A stretch of DNA of 19,702 nucleotides from an uncultured Thermoplasmata archaeon (GTDB taxonomy: Archaea > Thermoplasmatota > Thermoplasmata > Halarchaeoplasmatales > Halarchaeoplasmataceae). This document shows positions 7,996 through 14,825 of this stretch, piece by piece (position 1 is the stretch's first letter; the number at the start of each line of letters is the position of its first letter). The translations under genes were made by a program, and so were the position numbers. Location: positions 1-19,702 of the forward strand of contig CAYNQI010000020.1 of the NCBI GenBank assembly GCA_964399335.1, in the 5' to 3' direction. Below the pieces are notes generated by a model. It had not been told where the DNA came from. It did not search any database and saw nothing but the letters and a program-made list of their open reading frames with translations.

Positions 7996-8922
7996 TCAGT
8001 ATTCAATACCCAAAACCTTTTCAACTTTTTTTAATTTTCTTTCGAATGCACTTTTTTCTTCATCTAATTTTTCATCTATCGTAGAGAATTCTCTCTCGAG
8101 TTCTCTCCTATCTTCGTCGTACATGTATTTTTTAGCTAGAGGAAATAAATGCTTATCTTCTCTTTCTATATGTGAATAAAGTAAAGAGCAGTAGGAATCG
8201 ATAGAATCTTTAAATTCATCGATACTACACTCATCGTTGAAGTATCTTTCTTTATTTTTCTTTATATTCTCTATCAGCTCGTTGAGCTCTCGATGTTCCT
8301 CCTCAACACTTTTGAGTGAAGCCCGATTGAACAGTTTTGACTTCGGGGAATCTCCCTGTTCTTTTATTGCATTCTCTAAAAATTTTAGAAGTAAGTACAT
8401 CTCCTTTTGGTGGTGTAGCTGTGTATCTAGTACCAATGATGAACTTGATATCCAGTCTGTTAAATTTGGTGGAGCTTTTTTATCTATCTTTGAAACTATC
8501 ACTTGAAAAGCGTTAGCCATCCTTTCCAACAGCCTATGTTCTTTTTCTAGTTCACTGATCGGTTCAAACAGATCATCATCGTCTGTATCATACTCGATTT
8601 TTTCCAACCTCTCTTCTATCAAATCCCTGGTGTACGGTTTTATGATAAAATCATCGGCTCCAGCCTCAAGGGCATCGATCATGTTTTCTAGTTTATCGGG
8701 GGATGTTGTGACAAATATGTAAGTCTCTTTTATCTCATCGATGAGCTCCAAATCTTTTTTACCAGTCCAATTTAAAAAGATCAAATCTATATCGTTTCCC
8801 TCTAGAACGCCTTTTATCTTTCTATTCCCTTCCAATAATATCGTTTTGTGATCTAATGATCTTAAAATATTATCCAACAATGTTCTAGGAGCTCTTTTCT
8901 CCTCTGATATGATGCATTTCAT
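7996..8922 (-). CDS. Atypical (pseudo-)receiver domain fused to a hemerythrin-like (HHE) domain
   Basis: Receiver fold cues DIDLIFLN, ALEAGADDFIIKP. Hemerythrin-type ligands H129, H170xxxE174, H209, H250xxxE254 followed by LFPLA. Confidence 0.8.
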   Translation of the reverse strand: MKCIISEEKRAPRTLLDNILRSLDHKTILLEGNRKIKGVLEGNDIDLIFLNWTGKKDLELIDEIKETYIFVTTSPDKLENMIDALEAGADDFIIKPYTRDLIEERLEKIEYDTDDDDLFEPISELEKEHRLLERMANAFQVIVSKIDKKAPPNLTDWISSSSLVLDTQLHHQKEMYLLLKFLENAIKEQGDSPKSKLFNRASLKSVEEEHRELNELIENIKKNKERYFNDECSIDEFKDSIDSYCSLLYSHIEREDKHLFPLAKKYMYDEDRRELEREFSTIDEKLDEEKSAFERKLKKVEKVLGIEY

Positions 8923-9001
8923 TTGTTATCACGCCCTTATACATGTCTAGAGACTAATTAAATTTTATTGCGAAACCACATCAAATCACAAAAAAACAAG
9001 C

Positions 9002-9013
9002 GTAAACTTAAAA
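9002..9013 (+). promoter_or_regulatory. BRE/TATA element of the tRNA-Phe gene
   Basis: GTAAA-CTTAAAA, ending 27 nt upstream of the mature tRNA 5' end at 9040. Confidence 0.55.
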
Positions 9014-9039
9014 TCCCATAACCGATTAACCCCCATTAA

Positions 9040-9113
9040 GCCGCAGTAACTCAGATTGGGAGAGTGTCGCACTGAAGATGCGAATGTCGCCGGTTCAAGT
9101 CCGGCCTGCGGCA
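9040..9113 (+). tRNA. tRNA-Phe (GAA)
   Basis: Complete cloverleaf: acceptor GCCGCAG/CTGCGGC, D arm ACTC/GAGT, anticodon arm TCGCA-CTGAAGA-TGCGA (GAA at 9074-9076), T arm GCCGG-TTCAAGT-CCGGC, discriminator A. CCA is not encoded. Confidence 0.98.
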
Positions 9114-9120
9114 TCTTTTT
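9114..9120 (+). terminator. Oligo-T terminator after tRNA-Phe
   Basis: TCTTTTT immediately after the discriminator base. Confidence 0.55.
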
Positions 9121-9180
9121 AACGATCCAAAATATTATATTACAATGTTCTATTTTATGATAAGTGAAGAGGAGATAGAT

Positions 9181-9723
9181 GTGAATCCATACGATGCAGG
9201 TAAAAGCAATAAGCCATTGATCGCGGGAGTTTTGATGATTATTGTATTCATTTTAGCAGTTGTAGCTGCTGGACAGATTTTTTTCTTAGATATGGATGCA
9301 GTAAATTTAGAAGAGCTTGAGGGACGAGAGGAGTTTAGTGTAGAACTAGTAGAAACGATCATGAACGTATGCGGAGCTATCATATTGATATTGGGTGTTT
9401 TCTTACTTATAGGAGGTTTCCTAGCCATCAAAAGGATCCATTGGGGGGTCGCTTTAGCGGCTTCTATCGCAGGTGTCTTCACTATTGGTCCACTTTTCAT
9501 AGGCAGTGTTCTCTCCTTGGTAGCCCTTGTATTGATATTCATGTCCAAGGACGAGTTCAACGGAAAGGGTGAGGTTCAACCATCACAATTCCAACAACAA
9601 ACAGATACCTTCCAACGCCCTTCCGACCAGAAAGAAAAGTTCTGTCCAGAATGTGGAACAAAGATGCAGTACGGTGAAGGATACCAGAGGTGTTACTGTC
9701 CACACTGCCAGGAATACAAATAA
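9181..9723 (+). CDS. Multi-pass membrane protein with C-terminal zinc ribbon (paralog A)
   Basis: About 4 hydrophobic helices, Q-rich linker, CPECG...CYCPHC. Start is uncertain: the ORF is open from 9145, but GTG 9181 follows AGGAGAT at the same spacing as the paralog's TTG start. Confidence 0.8.
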   Translation: MNPYDAGKSNKPLIAGVLMIIVFILAVVAAGQIFFLDMDAVNLEELEGREEFSVELVETIMNVCGAIILILGVFLLIGGFLAIKRIHWGVALAASIAGVFTIGPLFIGSVLSLVALVLIFMSKDEFNGKGEVQPSQFQQQTDTFQRPSDQKEKFCPECGTKMQYGEGYQRCYCPHCQEYK

Positions 9724-9809
9724 ACATACCACATCTTTGACCCATAACTATATAAGTGACCAGAGTAAGGCGTTGTTACGATATGATAAATGTAGGAGGT
9801 GAAATCGGT

Positions 9810-10004
9810 ATGAAAGGTGAAGTAAAGTTCTTTAACAACATGAAAAATTTTGGATTCATCAAACCTGACGAAGGCGATGAAGACCTATTTGTTCATAGCA
9901 GCGATATAGAAGATAGCTATTTGAGCGAAGGAGATAGGGTCGAATTCGAAACTGAACAGAGTGATAGAGGTCCTAGAGCTATTAATGTGAAAAAACTCGA
10001 TTAA
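9810..10004 (+). CDS. cspA: Cold-shock domain protein
   Basis: 64 aa MKGEVKFFN..KNFGFI (RNP1)..LFVH (RNP2)..GDRVEFE...GPRAINV. Strong RBS GGAGGTGA at 9795-9802 places the start at 9810, not 9756. Confidence 0.95.
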   Translation: MKGEVKFFNNMKNFGFIKPDEGDEDLFVHSSDIEDSYLSEGDRVEFETEQSDRGPRAINVKKLD

Positions 10005-10053
10005 GTATTTTATTTAGTACCTGGTTTTCAAGTACTGATTTTAAACCCTACTT

Positions 10054-10079
10054 AAGAAAAAATTTTCTTTTTTTATTTT
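10054..10079 (+). terminator. Putative terminator after the cold-shock gene
   Basis: AAGAAAA-aa-TTTTCTT inverted repeat running into a long T tract. Confidence 0.45.
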
Positions 10080-10110
10080 ACAAAATATGAATCAGATGCG
10101 GTACATTATT

Positions 10111-10179
10111 TAGTTTCATCCGAAACTAATAATCATGTCAAAGGATCGATCAACGGACAGTATTTAAGGTAAACTCAAA
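10111..10179 (+). pseudogene. Relic copy of the MATE 2 operator and first 15 codons
   Basis: TAGTTTCATCCGAAACTA-ATAATC-ATG. Codons from 10135 read MSKDRSTDSI*GKLK versus MSKDDSKDSIYGKLK at 11400. Confidence 0.9.
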
Positions 10180-10201
10180 ATCCTATAACTGATCAACCCT
10201 T

Positions 10202-10263
10202 AGTAACTCAGATTGGGAGAATATCGCACTAAAGATGCGAATGTTCAAGTCGGGCCTGCAGCA
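10202..10263 (+). pseudogene. Degenerate tRNA-Phe copy
   Basis: Colinear with 9045-9113 but with a 7-nt deletion removing the 5' strand of the T stem, GAA->AAA in the anticodon, D-stem and acceptor substitutions, and a missing 5' acceptor strand. Confidence 0.92.
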
Positions 10264-10324
10264 TTTGTATCACATCTCAAAAAAAATATATGTCTATAGT
10301 TTATAAGTTGTTTAGGAGATTTGA

Positions 10325-11275
10325 TTGGGGACCTATTACGAGAAACAACAGGAAAGAAGCAAGAAACCTATGATAGCCGGTGTATTGATGATCATTGCAT
10401 TTATTTTAGCTGTAGTAGCTGCTGGGCAAATGTTTTTTTTAGAAATGGGCGGAATATATTTAGAAGGGGGAGAGAACGTTGAATTAGAATTTATAGAAAG
10501 ACTTAGGACCATTTGTGGTGGCGTATACTTGTTATTGGGTATCTTTCTACTAATAGGGGGTGTTTTGGCTATAAAGAGAATTTACTGGGGCGTCGCTTTA
10601 GTAGCATCTATAGTTGGGTTGTTCCATCCCGCCCCTTTCTTTTCAGGCAGTATATTGTCTCTAGTATCATTGATATTGATAGGTATGTCTAAAGATGAAT
10701 TCAACGGTAAAGATACAAAAGAATGGGAATATCAAAACTACCTGCCTCCACCCCCACAGAACCACTATGAAAATAATTACTGTTCTGACTGTGGCACACA
10801 TATGAGACCTGACGAACAGGGACAATTGTTCTGTCCTCATTGTAAAAATAATAGTGGTGATTATATTCCCCCACCTAAAGACACTGAAAGTCAATCTTCA
10901 GATAGTCCGCCTAAATCGATAGGTGAAAGGATATCGATTATAGAAACTGAAATGAACTCTTTAAAAGATGAAGAGAGGATGATAGATACGAGGGCTATCG
11001 AAAAAGCTCTCGAAAAAGAAAAAGTAGATAGGGCTGAAGAACATCTAGATGATCTTAAAAGTAACTACGAGGAGTATAAAGAAACATTAGAGGAACTAAA
11101 ATCATTGGACAACAGCAAATATTCATTAGCTGAAAAACTAGCTGACGGTGAAATTGATAAAGACGTATTTAATGATGCGAAAAGGTCTATCGAAAGTAGA
11201 AAGGCAAAACTAGAAGAGGAGCTTGACAATTTACGCAGAGAAGTAATTCATGAAGATTATGAAAAGCCCTTTTGA
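10325..11275 (+). CDS. Multi-pass membrane protein with zinc ribbon and C-terminal coiled-coil/SHOCT-like extension (paralog B)
   Basis: TTG start after AGGAGAT. N-terminal half clearly paralogous to 9181-9723 (IAGVLMII.FILAVVAAGQ.FFL.M; WGVAL.AS; MSKDEFNGK). CSDCG...LFCPHC, then about 130 aa charged helical tail. Confidence 0.85.
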   Translation: MGTYYEKQQERSKKPMIAGVLMIIAFILAVVAAGQMFFLEMGGIYLEGGENVELEFIERLRTICGGVYLLLGIFLLIGGVLAIKRIYWGVALVASIVGLFHPAPFFSGSILSLVSLILIGMSKDEFNGKDTKEWEYQNYLPPPPQNHYENNYCSDCGTHMRPDEQGQLFCPHCKNNSGDYIPPPKDTESQSSDSPPKSIGERISIIETEMNSLKDEERMIDTRAIEKALEKEKVDRAEEHLDDLKSNYEEYKETLEELKSLDNSKYSLAEKLADGEIDKDVFNDAKRSIESRKAKLEEELDNLRREVIHEDYEKPF

Positions 11276-11347
11276 ATGGTTTTGAAATTTCCTACAATTC
11301 ATTTACCGCTTTCTCAAAAAGCACGGGTTGGGTGAAATAATCTGATT

Positions 11348-11393
11348 TAGTTTCATCCGAAACTATTATATAAGATAGTTTCATGCGAAACTA
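11348..11393 (+). promoter_or_regulatory. MATE 2 promoter: TATA box flanked by two palindromic operators (candidate MarR sites)
   Basis: TAGTTTC-atcc-GAAACTA (11348-11365), TTATATAA (11366-11373), TAGTTTC-atgc-GAAACTA (11376-11393), ATG at 11400. Confidence 0.8.
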
Positions 11394-11399
11394 ATAATC

Positions 11400-12956
11400 A
11401 TGTCAAAGGATGACTCAAAGGATAGTATCTACGGTAAACTCAAACGAAAGATGGGTCGACCCAGTAAAGACGAGATATTAGAGGGAAATATAATAGCTGT
11501 AATGTTCAAACTAGGATGGCCCATAATGGTAGCAACTTTCCTCAGGACACTTTACAATCTAGTTGACACGATATGGCTGGGTCGATTACCGGGTGAAGAG
11601 GCTGCCTATTCAGTAGCAGCCACGAGTCAGGCATGGTCCGTGGTTTTTATAATCATGTCTTTAGAGATAGGTATGGGAGTAGCTGCCTTAGCACTGATCT
11701 CACAATACACCGGAGCGAAAAAGTATGAAAAAGCTTCGGAATATGCAGGTCAACTTTACTTTATAGTGATCATCTTATCGATAATTTTAGGTGTCATCGG
11801 ATATTTCACCAGCCCTTACTTGTTAGATCTTCTTACGGGACATGGACCAGAGGCTGTAGAATTAGCTGATTATGGAACTAGATACCTTCAGATAATATTT
11901 ATCGGTATACCCTTCATGTTCCTTTTTTTCGCTTTCATGTTCATATTGAGGGGATGGGGAGACAACGTAACTCCCATGAAGATAGTAGCATTTACCGCGA
12001 TACTCAACATGATAATTGATCCGATACTCATATTCGGTTCAGGTGCAGTAGTTACACTTGGCCCATTATCATTCACGGTCCCTACATTCTTTGGATATTC
12101 GATACCTAAGATGGGTATAGAAGGAGCGGCCTATGCCACAATAGGAACAAGAGCTTTAGGAACTATATATTCGATATATCTCATGTTCTCCGGTAAATTA
12201 GGTATACATGTAAAGCCGTCTTACCTCATCCCGGATTTAAACAAGATCAAGCAGTTCTTCAAAGTAGGTCTACCGGCCTCTGCTGGAAGATTTTTCAGCG
12301 CTTTCGGTTTCCTGATACTTTGGGCCGTTATATACAGACTGCCTAATCCGGATATCGCAGGAGCCGCCTACGGTGCCGGGAGCCGGATCCTCAACATCAC
12401 ATTTTTGGTAATAGGCGGAGTGACAATGGCCATGAGTACCATGGTGGGCCAGGGTCTAGGTGCCGATCTAAAGAAAAGGACTGAAAAAGTAGCTAGGACC
12501 GGACTTATCGCTTTAGTGATCCTAACATCATTTATCGCTATAACTATATTCCTTACAAGGAACATACTGATGGGTTTCATAGTCCCTGGAAAGCCAGATG
12601 TGATCAGCTCTGGTGCACAGTATCTACTCATATTCTCACTATCCATGCCGTTCTTTGGTATTTTCAGAGGTATCACCGATATATTCGGAGGTTCTGGACA
12701 CACTTTCCAGAAGATGATACTCGATCTCTCCAGGATATGGGCTTTCAGAGTTGTCTTTGTGTTCGCCTTCGGCCTTGTTATCGGCATGGGTGAAACAGGG
12801 GTCTGGGTCGGAATGGCTATCAGTAATGTAGCAGCAGCAGCCCTTGCTTTCGGTTTCTATTCCATGGGTTGGTGGAAAGAAAAAATTATCCAAGATAAAC
12901 CACTTTCGAAACCGGAATTATCTGTTGATGAAAGTGGTCAAGCTGAAGAAAAATAG
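11400..12956 (+). CDS. MATE family efflux transporter (copy 2)
   Basis: 518 aa; LGWPIMVATFLRTLYNLVDTIWLG, GDNVTPM, NMIIDPILIFG, MGIEGAAYAT, KVGLPAS. Confidence 0.95.
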   Translation: MSKDDSKDSIYGKLKRKMGRPSKDEILEGNIIAVMFKLGWPIMVATFLRTLYNLVDTIWLGRLPGEEAAYSVAATSQAWSVVFIIMSLEIGMGVAALALISQYTGAKKYEKASEYAGQLYFIVIILSIILGVIGYFTSPYLLDLLTGHGPEAVELADYGTRYLQIIFIGIPFMFLFFAFMFILRGWGDNVTPMKIVAFTAILNMIIDPILIFGSGAVVTLGPLSFTVPTFFGYSIPKMGIEGAAYATIGTRALGTIYSIYLMFSGKLGIHVKPSYLIPDLNKIKQFFKVGLPASAGRFFSAFGFLILWAVIYRLPNPDIAGAAYGAGSRILNITFLVIGGVTMAMSTMVGQGLGADLKKRTEKVARTGLIALVILTSFIAITIFLTRNILMGFIVPGKPDVISSGAQYLLIFSLSMPFFGIFRGITDIFGGSGHTFQKMILDLSRIWAFRVVFVFAFGLVIGMGETGVWVGMAISNVAAAALAFGFYSMGWWKEKIIQDKPLSKPELSVDESGQAEEK

Positions 12957-12967
12957 AGGTTAAAAAA

Positions 12968-13405
12968 ATGGTAGAAGATTATTCGGAAGAAGATTCAATA
13001 CACAAGTTGTATCAGGTCGTTCACAAAAAGCTTATCAAGTTCATAAAGTGTGAACTGGAACCGTACGATTTCAACCGGGGTGAGTTCCCACTCCTTTTCA
13101 AGCTTATCAAAAAAGGAGACGGTCTCACTCAAAAAGAGATAAGCGGTATGCTGTACGTTTCCAAATCCACGACCTCTAAGATCATACATAATCTTGTGGA
13201 AAAGGGATATCTAAGAAAGGAGAGAGGCAGAGATGATAAAAGGGTCACAAGGATCTATCTTACGGATAAGAAAGATCAGATCGAGGATCTGATCAAAGAG
13301 CTGGACCGGAAAGCTGAGAACAAGATGTTGAAAGATTTCGATAAAGATGAGAAAGAGCAGTTGAGAACTTACCTAGAAAGTATTTTAGATAATCTAGAGA
13401 GATGA
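12968..13405 (+). CDS. MarR family transcriptional regulator
   Basis: GLTQKEIS..LYVSKSTTSKIIHNLVEKGYL....DDKRVTRIYLT winged-HTH of MarR type, 145 aa, directly downstream of MATE 2. Confidence 0.93.
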   Translation: MVEDYSEEDSIHKLYQVVHKKLIKFIKCELEPYDFNRGEFPLLFKLIKKGDGLTQKEISGMLYVSKSTTSKIIHNLVEKGYLRKERGRDDKRVTRIYLTDKKDQIEDLIKELDRKAENKMLKDFDKDEKEQLRTYLESILDNLER

Positions 13406-13629
13406 CTATGTTAACTTTGATAATAGATATGGCATTGTTGTTCACCGCTTTACTTTTTGTGAAATGGGACGTTAATAAACAGAACTTTGATAATAGGATA
13501 TATATGGCCTGGTTAGTAGGAACTATGATCGGATATTTCTTTTACTGGATGTACGGTGCAGCGGTAGTTTTCGTAGGTTATCTGGTTTTCAGTAGAGTCT
13601 TCAAGTACAGCTTGCAGGAAGCACCGTAA
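13402..13629 (+). CDS. Small hypothetical membrane protein (2-3 TM)
   Basis: 75 aa, hydrophobic, ATGA overlap with the MarR stop. Confidence 0.65.
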   Translation: MTMLTLIIDMALLFTALLFVKWDVNKQNFDNRIYMAWLVGTMIGYFFYWMYGAAVVFVGYLVFSRVFKYSLQEAP

Positions 13630-13667
13630 AGTATAATCTGCTCTTATGTATTGTTTGATGTGATACT

Positions 13668-14825
13668 TTGCATCTGACTAAAGAAGAAGAAGACATCTTA
13701 GAGGGTGAACACGGACCCGGACCGGAAAAAGCTATGAAATTACTGTTAGCTATAGGTAAGATATACGATGCGGAAAAGCTCATACCTATCGAATCAGCAC
13801 AGGTGGCTGGAGTTTCATACAAGACCATGGGAGACGCAGGCTTAGAATTTGTAAAAGATTTCTCGAATAAGGCTGAAGTGAAAGTTCGAACGTTGATGAA
13901 CCCAGCCGGGATGGATCTAGACCGAAAGGGTATAGAGAGTAAAGAATTTAGAGAAAAACAATTACAACTAGTAGAAGCTTACAGAAAGATGGGTATCGAA
14001 CCGTCCTGTACCTGCACTCCGTACCTGGCAGGGAACAGACCGAAAAAAGACACTCACTTAGCATGGAGTGAGAGCTCAGCTGTTTCATTCGCAAATTCAG
14101 TTTTAGGAGCTAGAACCAACAGGGAGGGCGGACCTTCTGCACTCATGGCTGCCGTGATCGGTAAAACACCTTACTATGGATTGCACATAAAAGAAAACCG
14201 AGCACCGGAAGTTATTTACGAAGTGCAGGACGAAGTTCCTACAGCCTTACTTGGTTATCTAGTGGGAAGAGATGTAGGTAATAAGATACCCTATTTCAAA
14301 GGTATATCACCTTCTGAGGATGAATTAAAAACTCTTGGTGCTGCCATGGCTGCAACTGGAGCAGTCGCCCTTTATCACGTTGAATCCATCACTCCGGAAT
14401 ACGATGACTTCTCAACCGAAGACCTGGAAAAAGTACCGGTCACAATGGAGGATATAAACGAAGTTAAGATGGAACTGACACAAAATAACGATCCGGACGT
14501 CATAGTCCTAGGATGTCCTCACTTATCTTCTGAAGAATTAACACATATTGCTAGTTTACTTGAAAACAAACATATCAAAGAAGGACCAGATCTTTTAGTT
14601 TATACAAGCAGGAAGGTCAAGGAACAGAACCCATCTTCAGTCAAGACCATTCAGAACTTTGGTGGTAAAGTCATCACCGATACCTGTATGGTGGTCAGTC
14701 CTTTAGAAAACAATTACAGCACCGCTGCCACCAACTCTGGTAAAGCAGCTGCATATCTACCTAAGCTTGCCAACCAAAAAGTGATCTACGCCGATCTTGA
14801 AACACTCATGGAGATGATATCATGA
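13668..14825 (+). CDS. Aconitase X catalytic subunit (DUF521); probable mevalonate-5-phosphate dehydratase large subunit
   Basis: SAQVAGVSYKT, CTCTPY, WSESSAVSFANSVLGARTNREGG, GCPH, DTCMVVSP, TNSGKAAAY. The split two-gene AcnX is the known phosphomevalonate dehydratase of the archaeal mevalonate pathway. TTG start. Confidence 0.9.
   Translation: MHLTKEEEDILEGEHGPGPEKAMKLLLAIGKIYDAEKLIPIESAQVAGVSYKTMGDAGLEFVKDFSNKAEVKVRTLMNPAGMDLDRKGIESKEFREKQLQLVEAYRKMGIEPSCTCTPYLAGNRPKKDTHLAWSESSAVSFANSVLGARTNREGGPSALMAAVIGKTPYYGLHIKENRAPEVIYEVQDEVPTALLGYLVGRDVGNKIPYFKGISPSEDELKTLGAAMAATGAVALYHVESITPEYDDFSTEDLEKVPVTMEDINEVKMELTQNNDPDVIVLGCPHLSSEELTHIASLLENKHIKEGPDLLVYTSRKVKEQNPSSVKTIQNFGGKVITDTCMVVSPLENNYSTAATNSGKAAAYLPKLANQKVIYADLETLMEMIS

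Noticed and set aside
9756-9809. N-terminal extension of the cold-shock protein given by the ORF track
   Set aside because: The GGAGGTGA RBS and the family N-terminus (MKGEVKFF) indicate a start at 9810.
9040-10263. Integrated element bounded by attL/attR at tRNA-Phe
   Set aside because: The second copy includes the promoter and nearly the whole tRNA rather than only a 3' end, there is no integrase, and neighbouring genes are duplicated too. Tandem duplication explains it better.
10202-10263. Functional tRNA with AAA anticodon
   Set aside because: The T stem and acceptor stem cannot form, so no cloverleaf is possible.
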